Positions 1 through 9,093 of a stretch of 64,000 nt of DNA are shown here, one piece after another (position 1 is the first letter of the stretch; each line of letters opens with the position of its first letter). Made by a program: the position numbers and the translations under genes. The stretch is from a bacterium DOLZORAL124_38_8 (GTDB lineage Bacteria; Patescibacteriota; Gracilibacteria; UBA4473). The stretch is taken from positions 37,646 to 101,645 of the forward strand of contig PDQG01000004.1 in assembly GCA_002747745.1 (NCBI GenBank), in the 5' to 3' direction. Below the pieces are notes generated by a model, which saw only the letters and a list, made by a program, of their open reading frames with translations, did not search any database and was not told the DNA's origin.

Positions 1-630
1 ACTGGATTCCCAGAACAAATTTTACGACTCATTGGACGACTACGATTCCGATCTTCATACGGACAAAATGTTCTTAGTCACTCTTTGGAAGTGGCTTGGT
101 TGGCCGAAGCTATTGCGCAAGAAGTTCCAGGAGCTGACCCAGAAGTATGTAAACGAGCCGGACTCGTACACGATATTGGAAAAGCCGTCAGCCACGAAGT
201 AGAAGGAGGACATGCCGTAATTGGAATGGAAATTCTGGAAAAATTCGGTATTGATCCAGCTATCGTAGTAGCCATGAAATCACACCACGAAGATTTCCCA
301 TACGAATCTATCGAAGCACGAGTTTTACAAGCCGCTGATGCAATTTCGGCGTCTCGACCAGGAGCCCGACGAGAAACGTTGGAAAAATACATCAAACGAT
401 TAAAAGAACTTGAATCAATTGCCTCTAGTTTTGCAGGCGTACAAAAAGTATTTGCCATCCAAGCCGGACGAGAAGTACGAGTATTTGTAAACGCCGCCCA
501 AGTAAACGACTTGGAATCAGAAAAACTATCATTTGAAATTGCTCGAAAAATTGAAAAAAACTGTCAATACCCAGGAGAAGTACGAGTTTCTGTCCACCGA
601 GAATCAAAATTTGAAGACACCGCTAAATAA
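1..630 (+). CDS. rny: Ribonuclease Y, C-terminal part (5' end lies outside the window)
   Basis: Frame 1 is open from nt 1 (..YGQNVLSHSLEVAWLAE..). It carries HD-domain signatures GLVHDIGKA and MKSHHED and a typical RNase Y C-terminus. Stop TAA at 628-630. Confidence 0.85.
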   Translation, partial: TGFPEQILRLIGRLRFRSSYGQNVLSHSLEVAWLAEAIAQEVPGADPEVCKRAGLVHDIGKAVSHEVEGGHAVIGMEILEKFGIDPAIVVAMKSHHEDFPYESIEARVLQAADAISASRPGARRETLEKYIKRLKELESIASSFAGVQKVFAIQAGREVRVFVNAAQVNDLESEKLSFEIARKIEKNCQYPGEVRVSVHRESKFEDTAK

Positions 631-650
631 AAAACATGTTTCAGAAATAG

Positions 651-682
651 AAAAAAACTCTCAGTTTGACTGAGAGTTTTTT
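651..682. terminator. Bidirectional intrinsic terminator between rny and the convergent 1316-aa ORF
   Basis: Stem CTCTCAG (658-664) pairs with CTGAGAG (670-676), loop TTTGA. An A-run lies upstream and TTTTTT lies at 677-682. Confidence 0.6.
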
Positions 683-698
683 AATCATAGCATACTTA

Positions 699-3600
699 TT
701 ATTTAATTTTCTCCACTTTGATTATTAACTGTGTTACCTTCCCGGCCTCAACTTTTGCTTGAGAAATAGAAACAGCTTTTAAATTATTGCGAGTAAGGTT
801 TTCCGTATATGCCGCTTTATTAAATTCAGTGACCCCGTTATTAGTCTTATAAGTACTATTTTCACTCTGAAGACGAATCACCGCATCACCCTTTGGAATC
901 AAGTCCAATGCCTCATCTATAGACATTTCTTTTACCTTTTCGACGGTTAATGTTGGAGAAATAGCTTCAGGTTGTTTAGAATTATTTTTTACCATAAGAT
1001 TAGAATCATTTTCCAACGAAGGATTTAAAGGTTCCAATTTTCTTAAGCTATCATCTGAAGCAATCAACCCTTTTAAAAACTCTTTTTCACTTTTCGTTCC
1101 TGCCAACGCTTTCAAATTTTCTTTTTGGTTTGGACGAGCCTTGTCTAGAAACGCTTTCTCAGAACTTCCTAAACGTTTTTCTAACCTTTTTAATTTTCTG
1201 GTATATCGTTCTGTCAACCGTGCCTTTCGGTTTTCAGATAATTGTTTAACCGTTTCTGTTTTTGCTGAGGTCTTTTCAACAGTGGTTCCATCAGCTGAAT
1301 AGGTTTCATTTTCGAGATAATCAGCCACTACATGGCCTCCAAAATCAGCACCCAATATAGGAACCAGCTCTTTATTAAATACTGTTTCTGTTGTTGTCTT
1401 CGTAATGGTTTCCGGGTCTCCAAACCCTGAACCAATATTAGACTGTTTCAAAGTTTCTTGAGATGTTACATCCAATTTCTTCCAAATAGCGGTTGGAATC
1501 ATCACTGGAAGTTTTCCACTTTTCACTGACAAGAACCAATCATTACTATATTCTTCTGGTGATGCATATTCTAAACATTTTAGCAAACATTCACGTATAG
1601 CAGAATTCTCAACCTTCATAATGTTTTTCAACGCATCCGATTGAACATCCTTAATGGTTTCCAGTTTAACTACACCTAAAACTGGGTTTAAATCTAGCAA
1701 ATGCTGACTTAAATACTTCGCTCGTTTTAGAGAATCTCCAGCCGCAAAATATCCCGCTAATACGTTTGTAGCGTCTTCTTCCAAACCAAAATCTTTTACT
1801 AATTTTTGTGCGATAACTTGCGCCTCTGCTGTTCCATATTCTGTTTCTGAAACATATGATTCCAAGAACCCAAACGCCGCTGCGTGTTGCAAAGCCCCCG
1901 CTTTATCAATTTCACCAGTTTCATCTTTATACCCATCAATAGAATATCGCGCCGCCAATAAATCTCGTTGATTTTGAATCATATCACCCATATGACGGGC
2001 CGCTTCATCATAACCATGCAACATAGAATGTCTTCCTCTTAATCGTTTTGAATTCATACTTTGGTATCTCCATCCAAACACTGACCGCAACATCTCTTTA
2101 GCATCTCCAACCACTTGCTTATCATACTTTCCAGTTTTTAAAGCTTCTTGAACACGATTAACTTGCTCTTTTGTGAAATCAATTTTAGCGAGATCTTCCG
2201 CATCCCATTCTGATAAAAGTGCGGCTACTTTTTTAACTAAATCCGTATTTTTAACCGTTCCGTCCATTAATTTCTTAATCAATTCGGCTTGTTGGTTTTT
2301 ATCTGGAATAAGTTTTTTTACATCTCGATCTAACACATCATCGGCTGTTTCTATACGAGCCGTTTCGATAATGTTTTTCAACATTCCTAATCGTTTTTGA
2401 TTTTCTTCCATTCTTTCTATCATAGTCGACTGAGGATCAATCGGATGAGACAACTGTTCGATAAGAGATTTCATTCTTTGACCATCAGCACTTAATCGCC
2501 CATCAAAAAACCAGTGGAAGACAATCTTTCTCATTTTTGCAGCCTCTTTAGCATAAATTACCCCACTTTCATCAATGGCTAACCCTAATTTGGCCATTAC
2601 ATCCTTTCCAACTAATTTTTCAATTTCTTTCCCATCTTCTGTTACTTTCTCTGTACTCATTTCCCCAACCGTTCCAGACAAATCTTTGTTTAACTCATTG
2701 TAGGCCGCATCTACATCTACATTTAAGCTCAACCCACCTAAATGCTGTCTATTTTTCATATTAGTTTTTAAGGCTTCTTCGTACACATTCACTTTATTCA
2801 CAACGTCTCCACGATTTTTCAAATTCTCTGAATTATATGCTAACGCTTTTTTACTTGTATAAATATCAAACGGATGCAAAATTCCTGCACACAGAGACGC
2901 AATTGGGAGAGCGAATCTATCAATCAACTTAAACACTGGTTTTCCTGCTTTTATCAGTTCTGACAAAGAATTCATAAACCCAGACTGTTTTTGAACAAAA
3001 TTATCAATATATGTTGGCATATTGGCTTCAATAGCCGCTTTCACATCAGGGTTTTCACCCGCAATTTTGTCCTTCAAAAAAATGTTTACTAACCCAGTAG
3101 CGGTTCCAAATAATCCATCTGTAGTAGAAATCGCTCCAAAAGATGGACTCATAGCTTTAGTAGCCGCTTTAATCTCGGCTTCAAAATTCTTCATAGAGTT
3201 TCGATAGATATCAATTGATTCTGTTGCGCCAGCCTGAGTCTCTTTTAGGTAAGCATCTTTTTCGTCTTCTGTTCGTATTCCGTTGGCATCTTTAACCCGA
3301 GTAAGAGCGTCTATATCAACTTGTTTACCACCTTTTATTACCTTTCTTTCTTCAATAGTGCTATACTTTAAAGTCGCTTTTCCAGAATCAACAATCTCTT
3401 TCAAAACATCCTGTGTTACCGGTAAACTAATTGGGTTATCCACATTATGTTTATTATATTCAGTTATAAAGTTTTTTACTGTTTGGCTATCAACTTTTTG
3501 TCCGTTTTTGTAAAAGGCGTACTCAGTATGACCTGGAGTTTCAACCAAGACTGTTTTTTTCACTTCTTTTACCCCTTGTTTCGTAATAGCTAAAGTGTTT

Positions 3601-4649
3601 TCATCAATTTTTGATACTTTCATACCAGGATAAATCAAATCAAAATTTGATTTAGGGAATCTTCCTTGACACCCTTTCCCACAACAGTTCATTTTTCCTT
3701 TTTCTCCAGTTTTATGATATTCAATAGTTGTTCCATCTTCGTATATCAAGGTAGTTCCTGTTTTTAGTTTTACCCCTAAATTTTTTGCAAGTTCATACAA
3801 CGTTGAATTATGACTCACCTCACTTTTAAGAGACTTATATTCGTTGCTTTTGAACCAATCTGTTACTTTCTTATTTAACGCTTTATTATTAGAATCAATT
3901 TTCACTTGAGTAGATTTTTTCCCATCAATAGAAATAATTTCTTTTATTCCCATATTTTTTAATTCATCTGATGAGAATTTAGACTCAAATTTCGCTTTAT
4001 CAAAAAACATTTCATACACACATTTTTCAGTCCACTTTTCAACGGTTTCCCCTTCTGTTGGAACCTTTATTGTTTCCTCATGTTCAACTAATACACCTCC
4101 AACAGTCTCTTGTCCGATGTCTAATGAATGGTCAACTTTAACTTTCTCTACTTCCTGCTGTTTTGCAATACAACTTCCGTCTAAACAGTCTTTTAATCGG
4201 TATTCTTTTAAAAGCATTTGGGCTTTTAATTTTTCTGTTCCAGTTAACTCTTTTAAATCATCCGCACTTTTAGGGTTCTCGGCCATATGAATATGCGCCG
4301 CCCCTGATTTATACTCAAAATAATATACCACAGTATCTTTTCCTTTTTTTACCGCAAATGATTTTCCATCATTATACAACAACTCTCCATCAGAAACTTT
4401 GGTACCTTTTTCCCCCTCTTTAAGATTATTTACAAAGTCAACCGCTTTTGTTAATTCTTTGTATACAGTTTCTTTATCAAGATTTTCCAGTCCTTTCATA
4501 GATTCTTGAAAAACTTCGTTTTGTGCTTTTGCAATATCTTTTCCTTGATCAACCCCCTCTGGATTCGAACTAGGGATTGTTTGCCACACAAACTGTGCCT
4601 TAGAAGTACGATTAAACTTGTCTGTAACTGTATTAAATAGATTTTTCAT
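699..4649 (-). CDS. Very large hypothetical protein (1316 aa), no recognisable family
   Basis: Uninterrupted 3.95-kb ORF, K/E/D-rich with no N-terminal signal peptide. It has one short hydrophobic/Gly-rich patch (..SPSFGAISTTDGLFGTATGLVNIF.. and ..FALPIASLCAGILHPF..) and an odd NCCGKGCQG motif. The reverse-frame ORFs inside it are short. Confidence 0.6.
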   Translation of the reverse strand: MKNLFNTVTDKFNRTSKAQFVWQTIPSSNPEGVDQGKDIAKAQNEVFQESMKGLENLDKETVYKELTKAVDFVNNLKEGEKGTKVSDGELLYNDGKSFAVKKGKDTVVYYFEYKSGAAHIHMAENPKSADDLKELTGTEKLKAQMLLKEYRLKDCLDGSCIAKQQEVEKVKVDHSLDIGQETVGGVLVEHEETIKVPTEGETVEKWTEKCVYEMFFDKAKFESKFSSDELKNMGIKEIISIDGKKSTQVKIDSNNKALNKKVTDWFKSNEYKSLKSEVSHNSTLYELAKNLGVKLKTGTTLIYEDGTTIEYHKTGEKGKMNCCGKGCQGRFPKSNFDLIYPGMKVSKIDENTLAITKQGVKEVKKTVLVETPGHTEYAFYKNGQKVDSQTVKNFITEYNKHNVDNPISLPVTQDVLKEIVDSGKATLKYSTIEERKVIKGGKQVDIDALTRVKDANGIRTEDEKDAYLKETQAGATESIDIYRNSMKNFEAEIKAATKAMSPSFGAISTTDGLFGTATGLVNIFLKDKIAGENPDVKAAIEANMPTYIDNFVQKQSGFMNSLSELIKAGKPVFKLIDRFALPIASLCAGILHPFDIYTSKKALAYNSENLKNRGDVVNKVNVYEEALKTNMKNRQHLGGLSLNVDVDAAYNELNKDLSGTVGEMSTEKVTEDGKEIEKLVGKDVMAKLGLAIDESGVIYAKEAAKMRKIVFHWFFDGRLSADGQRMKSLIEQLSHPIDPQSTMIERMEENQKRLGMLKNIIETARIETADDVLDRDVKKLIPDKNQQAELIKKLMDGTVKNTDLVKKVAALLSEWDAEDLAKIDFTKEQVNRVQEALKTGKYDKQVVGDAKEMLRSVFGWRYQSMNSKRLRGRHSMLHGYDEAARHMGDMIQNQRDLLAARYSIDGYKDETGEIDKAGALQHAAAFGFLESYVSETEYGTAEAQVIAQKLVKDFGLEEDATNVLAGYFAAGDSLKRAKYLSQHLLDLNPVLGVVKLETIKDVQSDALKNIMKVENSAIRECLLKCLEYASPEEYSNDWFLSVKSGKLPVMIPTAIWKKLDVTSQETLKQSNIGSGFGDPETITKTTTETVFNKELVPILGADFGGHVVADYLENETYSADGTTVEKTSAKTETVKQLSENRKARLTERYTRKLKRLEKRLGSSEKAFLDKARPNQKENLKALAGTKSEKEFLKGLIASDDSLRKLEPLNPSLENDSNLMVKNNSKQPEAISPTLTVEKVKEMSIDEALDLIPKGDAVIRLQSENSTYKTNNGVTEFNKAAYTENLTRNNLKAVSISQAKVEAGKVTQLIIKVEKIK

Positions 4650-4771
4650 GTGCTGATTGAGTAATCAAATCAAGTCATTGTATCACAAAACAAGAGAAAA
4701 ATCAACACTTTTTTATAAAAAGAGAAAATAGGCTTTAAATATACCCCAAAAAACGTACAATTTGCTCTGGA

Positions 4772-5758
4772 ATGAAAAAAATACTAGTTACTGGCGGCGC
4801 AGGGTTTATTGGGTCTAATTTTGTCCATCATATTTTAGAACAACGAGACTATCAAATTGTAAATGTAGACAAACTTACCTACGCAGGAAATTTAGAAAAC
4901 CTCCGCACGATTGAAAATCATCCCAACTATAAATTTGTCCAAGGCGACATTGCCGACCAAAAATTTATTGAAACTTTATTTGCCGCCGAACAATTTGATG
5001 GTGTTATTAATTTTGCCGCCGAAACGCACGTTGATCGCTCAATTACCGATTCGTCGCCGTTTATGCAAACCAACATTATTGGAACGCACACTTTGCTTGA
5101 AGCCAGTCGAAAATTTGGGGTACAAAAATACCACCAAGTATCAACCGATGAAGTTTATGGTGATTTAGGCGACCCAATTCCGAACCAACCAAAAACACAC
5201 TTTACCGAAACCACGCCACTGGCACCCAACTGCCCGTATGCCGCGGCCAAAACTTCGGCCGACTTGTTGGTTAAAAGTTGGAATCATACCTACGGACTTC
5301 ATACGATTATTACTCGGTGTTCAAACAATTACGGACCATACCAGTTTCCGGAAAAACTTATTCCGTTTTTCTTATTCAAAGCGATGAAAAACGAAGATTT
5401 AACGCTTTATGGCGACGGAAAAAACATTCGAGATTGGTTGTATGTGTTAGACCACTGCGAAGCCATTTTAACCGCTTTTGAAAAATCTCCTGCCGGCGAA
5501 GTATGGAATATTGGCGGCCACAACGAAAAAACGAACCTCGAAATTGTTGAGCAGATTTTAGGACAAACAAATTCAAAATCAAACATAGCCTTTGTGCCCG
5601 ATCGTAAAGCCCACGACCGACGCTACGCCATTGATGCCAGCAAAATTGAACGAGAACTGGGATGGAAACCAAAATACACTTTTGAAGAAGCCTTACCAAA
5701 AACAATCGAATGGTATCTCAACAACCGAGACTGGGTAGAAAATGCGTTACAAGAATAG
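4772..5758 (+). CDS. rfbB: dTDP-glucose 4,6-dehydratase
   Basis: N-terminal Rossmann motif VTGGAGFIGSNF, then ..VDKLTYAGNLENL.., the YAAAK catalytic motif (PYAAAKTSAD) and a typical RmlB C-terminus. Confidence 0.9.
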   Translation: MKKILVTGGAGFIGSNFVHHILEQRDYQIVNVDKLTYAGNLENLRTIENHPNYKFVQGDIADQKFIETLFAAEQFDGVINFAAETHVDRSITDSSPFMQTNIIGTHTLLEASRKFGVQKYHQVSTDEVYGDLGDPIPNQPKTHFTETTPLAPNCPYAAAKTSADLLVKSWNHTYGLHTIITRCSNNYGPYQFPEKLIPFFLFKAMKNEDLTLYGDGKNIRDWLYVLDHCEAILTAFEKSPAGEVWNIGGHNEKTNLEIVEQILGQTNSKSNIAFVPDRKAHDRRYAIDASKIERELGWKPKYTFEEALPKTIEWYLNNRDWVENALQE

Positions 5759-5793
5759 TTTCTTTTGTTTCACACGTTTGAGCCGTTTCTATC

Positions 5794-5833
5794 ACTTGTC
5801 GACTTGTAAACTTGCTCACTTACTAACTTACTT
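5794..5833. repeat. Five tandem copies of an 8-nt unit ACTTRNNN
   Basis: Reads acttgtcg acttgtaa acttgctc acttacta acttactt head to tail in the rfbB-radA spacer. Confidence 0.7.
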
Positions 5834-5849
5834 TATAGCAAAAAACCTC

Positions 5850-5869
5850 ATTCCCGAGCAATCGGGAAT
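5850..5869 (+). terminator. Stem-loop, possible rfbB terminator; member of the ATTCC..GGAAT hairpin family
   Basis: ATTCCCGA (5850-5857), loop gcaa, TCGGGAAT (5862-5869), followed by cTTTT. Confidence 0.45.
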
Positions 5870-5894
5870 CTTTTAGAAAAATACTTACTAAGAG

Positions 5895-5915
5895 ATACCC
5901 AATCAAGTTGGGTAT
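5895..5915. other. Perfect 8-bp stem-loop with TCAAG loop
   Basis: ATACCCAA (5895-5902), loop tcaag, TTGGGTAT (5908-5915). Confidence 0.6.
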
Positions 5916-5990
5916 GAGGATCATTAGCAAAGACTCTCACATAGTCCATTCTATATGTAAATTTTCGTGCTTACTTGCCATCTCGCCAAC

Positions 5991-6019
5991 TTGCACACTT
6001 TCCACACAAAATCTATAAT
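5991..6019 (+). promoter_or_regulatory. Sigma70-like promoter of radA, leaderless geometry
   Basis: TTGCAC (5991-5996), 17-nt spacer, TATAAT (6014-6019). Only 7 nt separate it from the ATG at 6027, and there is no Shine-Dalgarno. Confidence 0.5.
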
Positions 6020-6026
6020 AAAATTG

Positions 6027-7370
6027 ATGAGCAAAACGCCCAACTTTTTTTGTACCGATTGTGGTACCGAGTTTAATAAATGGCAGGGACAATGCCATGG
6101 CTGTAAAGCGTGGAACACCATTAAAGAGTTTAAAGAAACCAAAGTTTCTGGAACAAAAACCATTCAAAAAGGCACCGATTTATCAACCACCAAACCCACC
6201 GTTAAACCACTCAATGCCAAGGTGCGAACTTCGACGGGGTTTGACGAAGTAGACCGAGTACTGGGCGGTGGATTTTTTAGTGGTTCGTTTGTTTTATTTG
6301 GCGGAACTCCTGGAATTGGAAAATCAACTCTGGCCTTACAAATGTTTACCAATTTAAAAGATGCGTTGTATTTTTCTGGCGAAGAATCAGCCGAGCAAGT
6401 GCTAAACCGAGCGCAACGACTCAATCCATCAGCATTAGACGATTTATCGGAAAGAATCTTTTCCACCAACTCGCTAGAAGACATTCTGGCCACGGTACAA
6501 ACCAAGCAACCACCACTCATTGTAATTGATTCGATTCAAATGGTGGGCTTAGCCGATTCTTCGTTTGGATCTATGAGCCAAATTAGAGAGAATGCCGAAA
6601 TTTTGCTTAAATTAGCCAAACAAGACGGCATAACCGTGTTAGTTATTGGACATGTAACCAAAAACGACGAAATTGCTGGGCCAAAAGTATTAGAACACAT
6701 GGTAGACACCGTGCTCAAACTCGAAGGAGAAAAAAACACCGAAATCCGGCTCCTGCGATCGCCTAAAAATCGGTTTGGATCAACCCTCGAAGTTGGTGTG
6801 TTTGAGATGAAAACCAATGGATTAGCCGAATTAAAAAATCCGTCTGAGTTTTTTTTGGCAGAACGACCCGCCAACGCATTTGGATCGGCCATTACCGTGG
6901 TACGAGAAGGCGCGCGAAACTTTTTACTCGAAGTACAAGCTCTCACCGTCAAGACGAATTTTGGACAACCACGACGAACCAGTCACGGAATTGATCTTTC
7001 AAAATTTCATTTATTACTCGCCGTCATATCTAAATTTACCCCATTTAAATGCGAAGAATACGATGCGTATTTAAATGTCGTAAGCGGTTTACGAATTAAA
7101 GAACCAGCCGCCGATTTAGCCGTTATGGCCAGCATTATTTCGTCTCGGGTCGAAAAAGAAATTCCGGCCACGACCGTAGTTTTGGGAGAAGTTGGTTTGA
7201 GTGGCGAAATCCGTTCTGTACCGTTTATCGAAAACCGACTAATCGAAGCCGCCAAACTGGGATTCAGCAAAGCCATTATTCCGCCCCTGCGTGGCAAAAA
7301 AATAAGTATTAAAAACATTCAAATAACCGAGGTTAAAAATATTTTAGAACTTACTAAAGCATTATTCTAA
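6027..7370 (+). CDS. radA: DNA repair protein RadA
   Basis: N-terminal zinc finger CTDCGTEFNKWQGQCHGCKAWNT, Walker A GGTPGIGKST, the KNRFG motif and a Lon-like C-terminal domain. The start was moved to the internal ATG at 6027 (MSKTPNFFC..). Confidence 0.9.
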   Translation: MSKTPNFFCTDCGTEFNKWQGQCHGCKAWNTIKEFKETKVSGTKTIQKGTDLSTTKPTVKPLNAKVRTSTGFDEVDRVLGGGFFSGSFVLFGGTPGIGKSTLALQMFTNLKDALYFSGEESAEQVLNRAQRLNPSALDDLSERIFSTNSLEDILATVQTKQPPLIVIDSIQMVGLADSSFGSMSQIRENAEILLKLAKQDGITVLVIGHVTKNDEIAGPKVLEHMVDTVLKLEGEKNTEIRLLRSPKNRFGSTLEVGVFEMKTNGLAELKNPSEFFLAERPANAFGSAITVVREGARNFLLEVQALTVKTNFGQPRRTSHGIDLSKFHLLLAVISKFTPFKCEEYDAYLNVVSGLRIKEPAADLAVMASIISSRVEKEIPATTVVLGEVGLSGEIRSVPFIENRLIEAAKLGFSKAIIPPLRGKKISIKNIQITEVKNILELTKALF

Positions 7371-7780
7371 TGAAAAACACAAACACACACACCAAAACAG
7401 GATTTACAATGGTTGAATTAATAATCGTAATGCTCTTAATTGGAATCTTAGCTACTATTGGAATTTACAATTACCAAATACAAATACAGAAAGCTCACGA
7501 CACTCGTAAAAAAGTTACCACCAACGAGATTTATAAAACACTGGCTGGAGAATCGGATGACATAAGTAATTGGCAAACAATAGACTCAACGGCTAAAATA
7601 TATCCTATCTTAAATTCGGTTGGAATTGATACCACAACCACAAAAAACGAATACTACTATTTCGCAACCCCACAATCTTTTGGAATTGCCACCTGTTTAT
7701 CGGACCAAACAATATTCTCCAAAGGGACTATCAACCCCGATTTTAATTGTAACACGAATATCAACGGATTAGCCTTTTAA
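7370..7780 (+). CDS. Type IV pilin / pseudopilin with class III (prepilin) signal
   Basis: ..HTKTG|FTMVELIIVMLLIGILATIGIYNY matches the prepilin pattern: G at -1, F at +1, E at +5, then a hydrophobic helix. The ATG overlaps the radA stop by 1 nt. Confidence 0.8.
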   Translation: MKNTNTHTKTGFTMVELIIVMLLIGILATIGIYNYQIQIQKAHDTRKKVTTNEIYKTLAGESDDISNWQTIDSTAKIYPILNSVGIDTTTTKNEYYYFATPQSFGIATCLSDQTIFSKGTINPDFNCNTNINGLAF

Positions 7781-7782
7781 GA

Positions 7783-8460
7783 TTATTCAGGGTTTTGACA
7801 GTTGTCTTTTTTCCATTGTTCAATTTTAGCATGATGCCCACTCAATAAAACTTCGGGCACTTTTAGGCCTCTAAAATCTGATGGACGAGTGTATTGCGGG
7901 TATTCAAGTTTTCCGTCTAGTGCAAGCGAAAAACTTTCCTCTTGATGACTGACTTCTTTTCCAATTACGCCTGGCAATAATCGAGCCACCGAATCAATAA
8001 AAATTTGGGCTGGCAATTCTCCGCCCGTTAACACATACGACCCAAGCGAAATTTGCTCATCAACTAACTCATCTATCACACGCTGATCAATCCCTTCGTA
8101 ATGCCCACAAAGCAAAATAACACGATCAATATTCTTTTCAGTTGGATAAGCGGCAAACGATTCCGCCAGTCGTTGGTTCCAAACTTTTCCGTGCGGCGAA
8201 AAGAAAATTACAGGTGCCTTACTCTCAGATAATGACTGAACATGCTCAATACAATCAAACAATGGCTGACAAGTCATAAGCAACCCCGCTCCACCGCCAA
8301 AAGGAACATCATCTACTTTTTTGTGTTTATCCGTCGTAAACTGACGAATATCAAATACTTCAATTTCTATTTTTTTTGATTCAACCGCTCGACCAATAAT
8401 CGAAGTGGTTTTAAACGAATCAAAAGCCTGCGGAAACAATGTTAGTATCTGAAATTTCAT
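7783..8460 (-). CDS. trmD: tRNA (guanine37-N1)-methyltransferase
   Basis: MKFQILTLFPQAFDSF.. N-terminus, then ..VDDVPFGGGAGLLM.. and ..SLGSYVLTGGELPA.., all typical of TrmD. The internal ATG at 8460 was chosen as start. Confidence 0.9.
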   Translation of the reverse strand: MKFQILTLFPQAFDSFKTTSIIGRAVESKKIEIEVFDIRQFTTDKHKKVDDVPFGGGAGLLMTCQPLFDCIEHVQSLSESKAPVIFFSPHGKVWNQRLAESFAAYPTEKNIDRVILLCGHYEGIDQRVIDELVDEQISLGSYVLTGGELPAQIFIDSVARLLPGVIGKEVSHQEESFSLALDGKLEYPQYTRPSDFRGLKVPEVLLSGHHAKIEQWKKDNCQNPE

Positions 8461-8534
8461 ATCGCCTAAAACAATACGCATTTCTATTTTTTAAACAAGT
8501 TGGAGCGCTGAATCATTTCTGTCAAACAGCCCTA

Positions 8535-9080
8535 CTACTTTAAATACGATTTTAAAAACGATAGTGCAGCCACGCTCGCCGAACTTGAAATATAATCGCC
8601 TTGCAATAAATGAGATTCTACTTCGTCTAATGAGGCCACTTCAAACGTTTCAATTTGCTCGGCAGGTTCTAGTTCTCTTTCGGTACCAGGCTCACACCCT
8701 TCGGCCACCACAAAAAAATACTCCATGGCCGAAGCCGTTGGATTGGCGAGTGTTTTTCCTAACACTTTAAACGATTTGGCTTGGTAACCAGTTTCTTCAA
8801 ACAGTTCTCGAGCCGCCGCTTGAATGGAGGTTTCACCATCATCAATAATGCCCGCACAAAACTCGGTTACCACTTTTCCACCACCGTGTTTGTAATTATT
8901 TTGTAATAAAATGTTCCCGTTATCCAGCAACGGCATTACAATAACCGCATTATTCGACAAATGCACAAACCAATCTCCTTCGGTTTTATCTGGAAACTCT
9001 ACGCGTTGTTTTTCAATCTTACAAAACGGTTCGTTGATAATACGTTCGGAAGATAAAATTTTAAACGGGGTATATTTCAT
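8535..9080 (-). CDS. NUDIX hydrolase (ADP-ribose pyrophosphatase-like)
   Basis: Nudix box GIIDDGETSIQAAARELFEETGY. The start at 9080 (MKYTPFKIL..) avoids overlap with the upstream ATPase gene. Confidence 0.8.
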   Translation of the reverse strand: MKYTPFKILSSERIINEPFCKIEKQRVEFPDKTEGDWFVHLSNNAVIVMPLLDNGNILLQNNYKHGGGKVVTEFCAGIIDDGETSIQAAARELFEETGYQAKSFKVLGKTLANPTASAMEYFFVVAEGCEPGTERELEPAEQIETFEVASLDEVESHLLQGDYISSSASVAALSFLKSYLK

Positions 9081-9093
9081 TGGTATTGGTAAA

